Shown one piece after another: positions 55,585-64,000 of a stretch of DNA of 64,000 nt. The notes beneath the pieces are model-generated. The model did not search any database. It worked only from the letters and a program-made list of their open reading frames with translations, and was not told where the DNA came from. Origin of the DNA: Acidobacteriota bacterium. Lineage in GTDB: Bacteria > Acidobacteriota > UBA6911 > RPQK01 > JAJDTT01. Numbering within the stretch: position 1 is the stretch's first letter; every line of letters starts with the position of its first letter. The stretch covers positions 3,488,001 to 3,552,000 of the forward strand of contig OZ242374.1 of assembly GCA_965209055.1 (NCBI GenBank), given 5' to 3'. A program made the translations under genes and the position numbers.

Positions 55585-58311
55585 TTACTTCAGACGGAAT
55601 GAATAGAGCTTGGGAGATCCCCCTGTGGCCGCCAGATGGAACCTGATCTGGAATGACTTCCCCTCAAGCCCCCGGAGGCCTCCTCCGCTTTCCCATTCGA
55701 CTCTCCAAGCCACCGAGTCCCCCTCGAACCTGGGACTCTCCTCTTTCGAGTACCCCGGGAGTGGCCGTCCGGAGGCGGGATCGATCAGCTCGACTTGCAG
55801 GAAGCCTCCGGCGCTGCAGTCGGCGTTCACGTACAGTTCAGAAGCCGTGCCGGGCCCGATGGGAATGGTGGTGAGACTGCCTCGAGCCCGTTCCTTCACC
55901 AACTCCAGATGGGTGAAGCCGTCCAGTCTCAGCGTCGCCACGCCCCCCGAGGGCTGCCCTTCGGCCCAATGCGAAAGGCGCCAGCCTCCGTAGTACAGCT
56001 TGATTTCTTCCTCATCCACCAGGGGCACGGAAGGGGCGACCATGTCCGAGTCCCAGGCGTCCGGAGCGCCGCGAGTGATCACCTTCTCGCCGGGCTGAAT
56101 GAATACGAAGGACTCTCCGTCACGGCTCGCGGCCAGTTCCACATCCATGTTCGACCCGCTGTGCTGGTATTGATACAGGGCCAGGTAGTAGCCGTATTGC
56201 TTCCACACCACCACATCATGGATCTGTTCCACCTTTCCGCTTCTGACGACGGGTACGCTTCGCGCAAAGGGGTCGAAAATGGGGTTCTGAGGATGCCCCG
56301 TCCACTGAACGGCATCCGGGCTGTAGCCGTAGGCTCCGCCGCGGCGGCTGATATTCAATGAAGTAAAGCCGTAAGCCTTGTAGCGCTTTCCGGGATCCTT
56401 TTCCGCCTCGTCGAAAAAAAGGGACATGGGCACGAAAGAACCGGGCTGGCCGGCAGGAAAGGAGATGTTCCCTCCTGCCTGTTCCCGCCACCGGATTCCG
56501 TCGGGTGAGGTGAAGAGGGTCCAGCGCTGCCTCTCCGGCAGGTGCGGCGCAGTCGCTTCCTCACGGGCGTCGCGGTCCCACTTCAGCAGCTTGTACCTCT
56601 TCGCCGGGTCCGCCTCATGGGCGTCGCGATGGATTCCCCCCGCAAAGATGGGCTTGTAAACCGGGGCGGGGGGAAGTCCGTGAACCAGATTCGTACGCTC
56701 CCGTCCTCCAAAGGGAACCATCCCCAGATCGACTCTCCTGAAATCGTAACCGTCGTTGCTCTCCGCGTAACCGATCCGGCGCATGGGTACGGGGCCCGAC
56801 TCGGGCCACTCGGACCCTGGCTCGCGAAAGACGCCGGAATACCACATTCGATACACGCCATTCTCTTTCAGGACGCCCAATTGGGAGGCTCCCCCGGCAT
56901 CGAAGTCCCCGGCGGCTCCTCGCGCGATCACCGGGTTTCCCTGGTATTTCGTGGCCTCATTGACCTTCAGCCGCAGACCGTCCAGCGCTTTCAACTCCTT
57001 CAGATCCAAGAACAAGACAGTCGTTCCGGGAGTGGCTGTGAGAGACGGGACCGGCATCGTGTGATAGGCCGTCTTGGGAAACCGGCTTTCGTGGGTGATG
57101 GAGACACCGATCCCCTCAGCGTCCTCAGCCATTTTCTCCTCCACCGCCAGCCGCTCGATGGAGAGATGGTTTTCGTCCATTCTGGGCGTATTGCGCGTGA
57201 GCCAGTAGGCGTTCAAGACCGGACTCCACTGCTTTTCCAGCCAGCGGGCGTAAAATACGTGCTGGCGGGTGCCGTTGATGAAGAAAACCCAGGGGATGCC
57301 GTAGCGGTCGACGGCAAACCGGGGCGAGTGACAGAAATCCCACGCGAACCTTTCATCCTCGCCGGTGAGAGGAAAATGTTTCTTTTGTTCGGCCCCCGGA
57401 AAAACGGATCTCAACTCCGCCGTTCCGCTCTCATGGACCGCCAGTATTCCAGCGGGCGTCTCCACCAGGGCCGGGCGATAGGCCCAGAGCCTCCAGGGTC
57501 CGGCGGGCACGGAAGAGGAGGCCCGGGTTGCAACGGCAGACCCTTGGAGCGTCTCTTGCAGATCGGAAGGCTCTTTGCTGAGATAGAAACCACGCCCTTC
57601 CCGGTTATGCCAGGCCAGGTGAAAGCGCCCCCCGCTGTCAATGAGAAGAGCGGGTGGCGCATGGCTGCCTCCGGCGGCGACTTCGAAAGCTTCCCATTTC
57701 CCTCCGCTGATGCTCCCCAGGTGGAGTGAGGCGTCGTCGCCCGTCCCGGCCGCCCATGCCACCCAGACATCGCCATTGGGCGCCTGCCGGATGTCACCCA
57801 CGAGCGAACCCGCCTCGGCCAGAATCAGCGCTCCCGGCGTCCCATCGGCTGGATTCATCCAGGGCAGCTCCTCTCCGGCCTTCAGGCGCCTCTTGAGTGG
57901 ATCCAGGCTCAACATGCTGTAACCGGAAAGACCCTCTTCGGTGCTCCAGACGAAATGCAGTCGGCCGGCCCCATCGAGGGCCATGCCGGCACAGCAAATG
58001 GATTCGCGGGCGCTCCGGGGAGGGACGAGGTCGACCGGGGGGAGAAAATCCTCCAGTGATCGAGATCTGGTGTTTCTTGAGATTCGAAGTGCGAAGCCCG
58101 CCTGTCCCTCGGGTCCCCTCCCGGGTGTCAGGAGGTAGCGGATCCCCTCGCCGTCCCGGACCACCCACCGGCTGATGGCCCGATCGAACTCTCGAAGCAA
58201 TAGCCTGCTGGGGCCGGCGAGAAGGGGAGAACAGACGGGCAAGAGAGCCGGAAATGAGAGGAGCAAGAGGCAGCAGACCTTCGGCCTGCAAAATATAAGA
58301 TTCTTGTCCAT
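55585..58311 (-). CDS. large secreted multi-beta-propeller protein
   Basis: GGAGG SD; signal peptide; C-terminal half YRMWY, YAESNDG, LRLDGF, LYVNAD, LPGYS, LYSF. Confidence 0.72.
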   Translation of the reverse strand: MDKNLIFCRPKVCCLLLLSFPALLPVCSPLLAGPSRLLLREFDRAISRWVVRDGEGIRYLLTPGRGPEGQAGFALRISRNTRSRSLEDFLPPVDLVPPRSARESICCAGMALDGAGRLHFVWSTEEGLSGYSMLSLDPLKRRLKAGEELPWMNPADGTPGALILAEAGSLVGDIRQAPNGDVWVAWAAGTGDDASLHLGSISGGKWEAFEVAAGGSHAPPALLIDSGGRFHLAWHNREGRGFYLSKEPSDLQETLQGSAVATRASSSVPAGPWRLWAYRPALVETPAGILAVHESGTAELRSVFPGAEQKKHFPLTGEDERFAWDFCHSPRFAVDRYGIPWVFFINGTRQHVFYARWLEKQWSPVLNAYWLTRNTPRMDENHLSIERLAVEEKMAEDAEGIGVSITHESRFPKTAYHTMPVPSLTATPGTTVLFLDLKELKALDGLRLKVNEATKYQGNPVIARGAAGDFDAGGASQLGVLKENGVYRMWYSGVFREPGSEWPESGPVPMRRIGYAESNDGYDFRRVDLGMVPFGGRERTNLVHGLPPAPVYKPIFAGGIHRDAHEADPAKRYKLLKWDRDAREEATAPHLPERQRWTLFTSPDGIRWREQAGGNISFPAGQPGSFVPMSLFFDEAEKDPGKRYKAYGFTSLNISRRGGAYGYSPDAVQWTGHPQNPIFDPFARSVPVVRSGKVEQIHDVVVWKQYGYYLALYQYQHSGSNMDVELAASRDGESFVFIQPGEKVITRGAPDAWDSDMVAPSVPLVDEEEIKLYYGGWRLSHWAEGQPSGGVATLRLDGFTHLELVKERARGSLTTIPIGPGTASELYVNADCSAGGFLQVELIDPASGRPLPGYSKEESPRFEGDSVAWRVEWESGGGLRGLEGKSFQIRFHLAATGGSPKLYSFRLK

Positions 58312-58395
58312 TTGATCCTCCACTTGGCGGGCGGTTCCCTTCCGGACGGCGCGGTCAGGAATACTGCAATACAATTCAGTATACGGAGAGTGAAC

Positions 58396-59955
58396 ATGAC
58401 AACCAATCGTCGCACCTTTTTGAATCGGGTCCCCTTGATAACGGCCGTCGCCGCAATGCACCCGGTGGTACCCGCCGGCGCGGGCCGGAAGAGCACCCGT
58501 GAGGCCGTTCCCATAGGCTCGCGCCGCGAGTTGTTCCTGGACGACTTCATGATCGAGCAGCTCTCAGGCAGAGCCCGGCTTCGACTTCATCATCCGGTCT
58601 TTCGCGAGGTCGTGATCGAACATGACGAACCCTGGGAAGGAAACGCCAGCGGATCCCACACCGTACTCCGGGATGGCGACGGCTACCGCATGTACTATCG
58701 CGGTTGGAACTTCAAGACCCTCCCGGGAAAACTCGTATTCGACGGCAGACCGGTCGCCTGTCTTGCCCGGAGCCGGGATGGAATTCACTGGGTCAAGCCC
58801 GACCTCGGCATTGTCGAATACCAGGGATCGAAACAGAACAACATCATTGTGGATGGAATCGGCACTCATAATTTCATGCCGGTGATCGACGAGAACCCCG
58901 CCTGCCCCAGGGAGGAGCGGTACAAGGCATTGGCCGGCATCAAGCGAGAGGGCGGACTGTTCGCCTACAAATCCCCGGACGGCGTCCACTGGTCCTTGAT
59001 GCGGGAAAAACCGGTGATCACCAACGGCGCGTTCGATTCCGCCAACCTTGCCTTCTGGGATCCCACCATCGGCCGGTACCGTGCCTACTGGCGAACCTTC
59101 ACCGGCGGCGTCACCGAAAAGGACAATTGGAAGCCGGCCGGCTTCCGGGCCATTCGTACCGCTACTTCCGGGAATTTCCTTGACTGGGACAACCATGCCG
59201 ATTTGACCTATTTCGATTCTCCCGAAGAGCACTTGTATATAAACAACGTGGCGCCCTACTATCGGGCGCCCCACATCCTGGTGGGAACGCCGCAGCGATA
59301 TATCGAACGAGGTTGGTCCGCTTCGATGAGAGCTCTTCCGGACCTGGAGAAACGGGAATTGAGAGCCAGCTCGCATCTACGCTATGGGACGGCTTTGACC
59401 GAAACCCTGATCATGGCAAGCCGTGATGGTGTGAAGTTCAAGCGCTGGAATGAAGGTTTCATTCGACCGGGCATACAACGTGACGATTCGTGGTATTACG
59501 CTCACCAGACAGTGGCCTGGCAGATGCTGGAAACCAAAGCGGCCCGGGCCGGAGCCCCCAATGAACTGTCTTTTTATGCCTCCTCGGGTTATTGGCACGG
59601 CAAGGGTGGAAAGATGAGCCGCTACACCCTGCGCCTGGATGGATTCGTCTCAGCCTCGGCGCCGATGCGAGGCGGCGAGTTGCTGACCCGGGTCTTGAAG
59701 TTCGAAGGAAGCAAGCTGAGGCTGAACTTCGCCACCTCGGCGGCGGGCACACTCAAAGTTGAAATGCAGGACGCCGAGGGCCGTCCGATCCCCGGCTACT
59801 CGTTGCCGGAAGCGGATGAAACCTTCGGGAATGAGATCGACCGAACGGTTTCCTGGAACGGTTCCACGGACGTGAGCAGGATTGCGGGTCAGGCGATTCG
59901 CTTGCGCTTTATCCTGCAAGACGCCGATCTGTATGCGTTTCAGTTCGGGGAATGA
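58396..59955 (+). CDS. Tat-exported beta-propeller protein (GH32-like)
   Basis: NRRTFL; RELFLDD, YRMYYRG, SRDGIHWVKPDLG, AFDS.N, LRLDGF, DADLYAFQF. Confidence 0.78.
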   Translation: MTTNRRTFLNRVPLITAVAAMHPVVPAGAGRKSTREAVPIGSRRELFLDDFMIEQLSGRARLRLHHPVFREVVIEHDEPWEGNASGSHTVLRDGDGYRMYYRGWNFKTLPGKLVFDGRPVACLARSRDGIHWVKPDLGIVEYQGSKQNNIIVDGIGTHNFMPVIDENPACPREERYKALAGIKREGGLFAYKSPDGVHWSLMREKPVITNGAFDSANLAFWDPTIGRYRAYWRTFTGGVTEKDNWKPAGFRAIRTATSGNFLDWDNHADLTYFDSPEEHLYINNVAPYYRAPHILVGTPQRYIERGWSASMRALPDLEKRELRASSHLRYGTALTETLIMASRDGVKFKRWNEGFIRPGIQRDDSWYYAHQTVAWQMLETKAARAGAPNELSFYASSGYWHGKGGKMSRYTLRLDGFVSASAPMRGGELLTRVLKFEGSKLRLNFATSAAGTLKVEMQDAEGRPIPGYSLPEADETFGNEIDRTVSWNGSTDVSRIAGQAIRLRFILQDADLYAFQFGE

Positions 59956-61721
59956 GTTTCGGAGCCAACGCCGATCTCATCCCGTGAGTCTGGTGACTCA
60001 TTTTTGCCCCTGACCGGAACTCCTGCCGCGGCTGCTGGCGCCGGCTGGTTGGTGCTTCCTTCCTCCACCACGACGATCTGACGGGGTTGAAGCTCTCGCA
60101 GATGATCTCGGATTCCACTTGGCCAGTGAACCGTGATCTCGACCTTGCCCTGATATTCTCCCAGGCCGAAGTGAACTCGATAGTCGCTGGCCGAAAGATA
60201 GCTGCCGGCTGAGGTGACCTGCGAAACCAGGCGTTTCTCGCCAAATTTGCTCTCCACCAGAGCCCCGTAACCATTTCGATTCGATTTCTTGCCGACCAGT
60301 CTCAATTGCAGCCAGGCATTTTCGTTGCCTCCCTCGTTGCGCAACAGCACCGGGCTTCCGCCGCAATTGCTGACCAGCACGTCCAGGTCGCCGTCGTTGT
60401 CGTAATCGGCCCAGGCCAGCCCCCGGCTGACCTGGGGAACCGTCAATACTTCGCCACGCTCAGAGGTGACGTCCTCGTACAGGCCGCCGACGTTCTCCAG
60501 CAGAAGTTTGGGTTGCCGGTAAGATGCCCCTGCTCTCAGTTGGGCCGCGTTGTCCATAATGTGGCCATTGGCGACAACCAGGTCCGGATCCGAATCATTG
60601 TCCACGTCGATCAAACCCAGACCGAAACCCACAAAGGGCCGGCTGGGAGCCAGAACACCGGCACGGGAGCTCATGTCTTCGAAAAAGCCGTCACCCATGT
60701 TCTTGTAGAGGGCCAGGTATTCCAGGTCCAGATTGGTCACCGCCAGATCGAGAAGCCCGTCCCCGTCGTAGTCTCCAGCGACGACTCCCATGCCTGCCTG
60801 CGGCTCCCCGTTCTCGTCCAGAGCGGTTCCGGTCAACAGCCCCACCTCGGAAAAGGATCCATCTCCCTGGTTCCTGAAGAGGAAATTGTCGACTCCGTCG
60901 TTGGCCACGTAAATGTCGACCAGGCCGTCCCGGTCAAAATCCAGTGGCGCCACCCCCAGACCCTTCCCCGCAAACTGAGCCACGCGAGCCTTGTGACCCA
61001 CCTCGGCAAAGGTGCCGTCGCCCTGGTTTCGATAGAGGACGTCAGGGACGCCATTGAAGGCCTCGGGACCACAGGTGGCCACCATGGGTCCGTGTTTGCA
61101 GATCGGATTGTTTTTATCAAGTGAATGATCTGTGTAACCCACGACATAGAGATCCAGGAAACCGTCATTGTCATAGTCGAAGAAGGCGGCACTCGAGCTC
61201 CATCGTCCGTCGCCTCCCACACCCGCCGCCAGCGACCGGTTGCTAAAGGTTCCGTTTCCGTTGTTGCGATAGAGGAGATCAGGACCGGCAAAATTGGTGA
61301 TGAAGAGATCGTCGAATCCGTCGTTGTCGTAATCGCCGACGGCGACGCCCATTCCGTAGTACCGGTTGGATTCAATTCCGGCCTGGGCGGTCACCTTCCG
61401 GAAGGTGCCGTCACCCCGGTTTCGATAAAGGGAGTGATCGAAGGAGAGGTCCCTGTCGGTACCCGGAGTCCAACCGCCGTTGATGAGCAGAATGTCCTGG
61501 TAGCCATCTCTGTCAAAGTCGATAAAACCGCATCCTGATCCCACCGTTGCTACGGCGTATCTCTTGGGAGTCGGCGAATTTTGGTGCAGGAAACGGATAC
61601 CGGCTTGTGCGGTCACATCCTGAAAGGTGATTGAGGAGCCGGAGTCGGGAGCTTCACCCAGGGCCCAGGCTTCGACGGCCAGCAGCGGGAAAAGCACTGC
61701 GGTCGAGAGTCGACGCCGCAT
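59940..61721 (-). CDS. CRTAC1 family protein (FG-GAP/VCBS repeats + ASPIC/UnbV)
   Basis: Repeated DYDNDG.DL and LYRNxGDGTF; SRGLAWAD; SYLS...VHFGLG; WPSG. Confidence 0.93.
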   Translation of the reverse strand: MRRRLSTAVLFPLLAVEAWALGEAPDSGSSITFQDVTAQAGIRFLHQNSPTPKRYAVATVGSGCGFIDFDRDGYQDILLINGGWTPGTDRDLSFDHSLYRNRGDGTFRKVTAQAGIESNRYYGMGVAVGDYDNDGFDDLFITNFAGPDLLYRNNGNGTFSNRSLAAGVGGDGRWSSSAAFFDYDNDGFLDLYVVGYTDHSLDKNNPICKHGPMVATCGPEAFNGVPDVLYRNQGDGTFAEVGHKARVAQFAGKGLGVAPLDFDRDGLVDIYVANDGVDNFLFRNQGDGSFSEVGLLTGTALDENGEPQAGMGVVAGDYDGDGLLDLAVTNLDLEYLALYKNMGDGFFEDMSSRAGVLAPSRPFVGFGLGLIDVDNDSDPDLVVANGHIMDNAAQLRAGASYRQPKLLLENVGGLYEDVTSERGEVLTVPQVSRGLAWADYDNDGDLDVLVSNCGGSPVLLRNEGGNENAWLQLRLVGKKSNRNGYGALVESKFGEKRLVSQVTSAGSYLSASDYRVHFGLGEYQGKVEITVHWPSGIRDHLRELQPRQIVVVEEGSTNQPAPAAAAGVPVRGKNESPDSRDEIGVGSETHSPN

Positions 61722-63386
61722 TTAATCGGGTTTCCTTCCGCCGGACAGCCGGAAGTAGATCTCTTTTTCTCTTTCGGCTTCCTGAGCGGCCCCGATCTTG
61801 GGCAGCGTCGTGGCCAGATTCAAGTGCGGGATGGGGTCGTCCGGGTCCATTTCCACGGCCCGGCGATAAGCCTGGACGGCGCCCCGAAAGTCATCCCGTT
61901 TGAAGAGCAGATTGCCCAGGAAGTTGTGGAACTCTGCATTCGTCGGGTTCAATTCGATGGCCGTCCTGACGGCGTCGAGGGAGCCGGCCACATGAGTCTG
62001 CTCCAGGAGTCTGGCCAGCACGAAGTGGTACCGCGCGTCAAGCGGATACACCTGAATCGCCTGGCGAATCCAATCGGCCGCACGTTGGCGGTTCCCCCTT
62101 TCGGTATCGATTTGGGCCAATCGATAGAAACCCAGATCCATGTCGGGGGAAGCCTCAACGGATTCGAGGAAGACCGCATACGCCTTCTCCGGCGCAGCCT
62201 GCTTGGACAAGAGGTCCATTCCCTGCGCGTATAGCCTTGGGCCTCTGTTCTCCACCGCCAGCCGTTCCCGGGCGGCCGTCCTCAGAGATTGGAATCGTTT
62301 CAGAGCGGCTGCCGCTTTCTCCTTCATCCCCAATTTGCGGAATGCATCCGCCAGCAGAAAATGGGGTTCCACATAGTCCGGGCTGCCTTGCAAAGCCAGC
62401 TCCAGATGTTCCACCGCTTTCTCATGCTCCCCCAGTTTGAGGAGTACAAAGCCCAGGTTCTTGTGAACGTCCGGTCGAACCAATCCTGACGAGATCGCCA
62501 GCTCCAGGTGCTCAACGGCCAGGCCAAAGGTCTTGTGATCGGCGCTGTACAGTAAACCCAACTCCAGGCGGGCCTCGGCGAACGAGGGGGCCAGGGCAAC
62601 GGCCTGCTCCAATGCAGCTTGCGATTCCTCGAATTGCATCAGCCCCTTGTGGCTGACTCCCAGGAGGTAATGTCCGTAGCTGTCGCCGGGGTCCAGCGTG
62701 AGGCCCTTCCGAGCCAGAGCCAGCGCCTGATCATGCTGGCCCTCCCGGACGTATATCCGGCACAGGAAGCGAATACCGGGGAGAGACTCCGGATGCCGTT
62801 CCAGAAAGGCCCGCAGCACTTGAATGGCTTCTCTGGCTTGCTTACAGTGGAACAAAACCGAGGCTAGGGCGAGCGGATAAAGATCCGAGTCCTCATCCAG
62901 GTGTCTGCTCTTCCAATATTGGGCGATGGCTTTCCGGAACTGATTTTGGGCCTGGTAGAGGATTCCCAACTGGTAATTGAGCATGGGATCCTGAGGGTCC
63001 GAGCGGAGACGATCCTGCAACACCCGCGCAGCCTGCTCCGGTGATTTCTGCTCAAACGCCCACTTGGGGAGCGTCTGGTTCGCCGCGCCGCAGACTTCTT
63101 GGGAGCGGATGGTCCAGGAATCCCCGGATCGATTCTGCTGAGACCGGGCCCCGGTCCCAGCCAGAATGAGGAAGACCAACAGGCTGGACGCAATAACAGG
63201 CCGCACCGAATATCTCGGGCCCTGCCTGCATCGTCGCAACAGCCCGTTTCGTTCGAGGCTGTCCGTGACCGGAATCCGGTGCGAGAACAGATCGCGCGCG
63301 AAGGATGGGTGATTCCCCATAATATGTTGACAATACCTGGAAGGGCCGGTGGTGAGAGCCCCGCGGCGAAACGCGATTTTCACCAC
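61722..63386 (-). CDS. tetratricopeptide repeat protein (start uncertain)
   Basis: Multiple TPRs (AEFHNFLGNLL..., AVQAYRRAVEMDP); usual partner of CRTAC1. Confidence 0.85.
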   Translation of the reverse strand: MVKIAFRRGALTTGPSRYCQHIMGNHPSFARDLFSHRIPVTDSLERNGLLRRCRQGPRYSVRPVIASSLLVFLILAGTGARSQQNRSGDSWTIRSQEVCGAANQTLPKWAFEQKSPEQAARVLQDRLRSDPQDPMLNYQLGILYQAQNQFRKAIAQYWKSRHLDEDSDLYPLALASVLFHCKQAREAIQVLRAFLERHPESLPGIRFLCRIYVREGQHDQALALARKGLTLDPGDSYGHYLLGVSHKGLMQFEESQAALEQAVALAPSFAEARLELGLLYSADHKTFGLAVEHLELAISSGLVRPDVHKNLGFVLLKLGEHEKAVEHLELALQGSPDYVEPHFLLADAFRKLGMKEKAAAALKRFQSLRTAARERLAVENRGPRLYAQGMDLLSKQAAPEKAYAVFLESVEASPDMDLGFYRLAQIDTERGNRQRAADWIRQAIQVYPLDARYHFVLARLLEQTHVAGSLDAVRTAIELNPTNAEFHNFLGNLLFKRDDFRGAVQAYRRAVEMDPDDPIPHLNLATTLPKIGAAQEAEREKEIYFRLSGGRKPD

Positions 63387-63526
63387 TCACTACTCTCTAG
63401 CATACAACTGTGGGGGTCGAATCAGCCATAGACTCGGGGAGAGCCAGTGTTGCCGAATTGTTCGACCTTCAAGCGATCCATATCCGCACCATGTAGCGGT
63501 CTTCCACGTCCAGAAGGGAACATCAC

Positions 63527-64000
63527 ATGAAGCCGCATGCAGCACTTCTTCTGTTTTGCGCCTTGCCGGTATTGACGACAGTGGACGCTTGGGCTGAGTT
63601 CAGGGCCGGGGCAGCGGTGGTGGACGTGACGCCCCTGCAGCTCCCGGTCGTCGTCAACGGCGGCCTCGTCGCCCGCACCGTCGACCAGGTGAAGACCCCA
63701 TTGAATGCACGGGCGATCGTGCTCGACGACGGACGGGTGCGTCTCGGGATGGTGGTTGTCGACAGTTGTTTTATGCAGCGTCCGTTCTTGGATGAGGTGA
63801 AGCAACTGGCGGCACGGCGAACCAAGATCCGAACCGATCGGATGCTCATCTCGGCGACGCATACGCACTCCGCGCCGTCGGTCGCGGATAGCATGGTGCA
63901 CGCTGACCCGACTTACCTGCCCTATCTTCCGGGGAGGATCGCTCAAGCCCTGGCCGAGGCGGAAGCCAACCTCGAACCCGCTCAAGTGGGCTGGGCGATC
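63527..64000 (+). CDS. neutral/alkaline ceramidase-like secreted protein, runs off the window end
   Basis: Not in the ORF track (no stop); MKPHAALL...FRAGAAVVDVTP, LNARAIVLDDG, ISATHTHSAP. Confidence 0.82.
   Translation, partial: MKPHAALLLFCALPVLTTVDAWAEFRAGAAVVDVTPLQLPVVVNGGLVARTVDQVKTPLNARAIVLDDGRVRLGMVVVDSCFMQRPFLDEVKQLAARRTKIRTDRMLISATHTHSAPSVADSMVHADPTYLPYLPGRIAQALAEAEANLEPAQVGWAI

Noticed and set aside
1-64000. CRISPR array, tRNA, rRNA, prophage or integrase
   Set aside because: No regularly spaced repeats, RNA-gene signatures, or phage/integrase motifs seen

Overview
GC-rich (~65%) bacterial chromosomal window. The gene content (GWxTD protein, carboxypeptidase-regulatory-domain TonB receptor, CRTAC1/ASPIC-UnbV + TPR pair, DUF1501 + PSD1/planctomycete cytochrome c, sulfatase, many exported beta-propeller proteins) points to an Acidobacteriota-like genome. 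The ankyrin lipoprotein and decayed TA modules would fit a host-associated (e.g. sponge) lifestyle, which is inference only. About 45 CDS: a MacAB-like efflux operon, fhs/SDR/cupin cluster, racemase/menC-like pair, PQQ dehydrogenase, tandem NCS2 permeases, a Fe3+ ABC operon with a Fur-like box and an ectoine/creatine-catabolism-like operon. There is one complete IS5 (46913-48101, TTAG target duplication) and no rRNA, tRNA or CRISPR was seen. Most notable: (1) an orphan secreted protein with a codon-atypical Cys-rich module, followed by an unannotated 35-aa SD-led micro-ORF that is a gapless, synonymously diverged copy of its C-terminus, and a second mini-ORF echoing another part; (2) a low-GC, translationally coupled pair of P-loop ATPases (the second STAND-like with wHTH + TPR), with a tandem palindromic operator and a broken start codon, a candidate defence system; (3) two NCS2 permeases with altered substrate motifs, fused to a degenerate anti-sigma/HATPase-like domain; (4) a convergent hicA/hicB-like pair in which both genes are dead.
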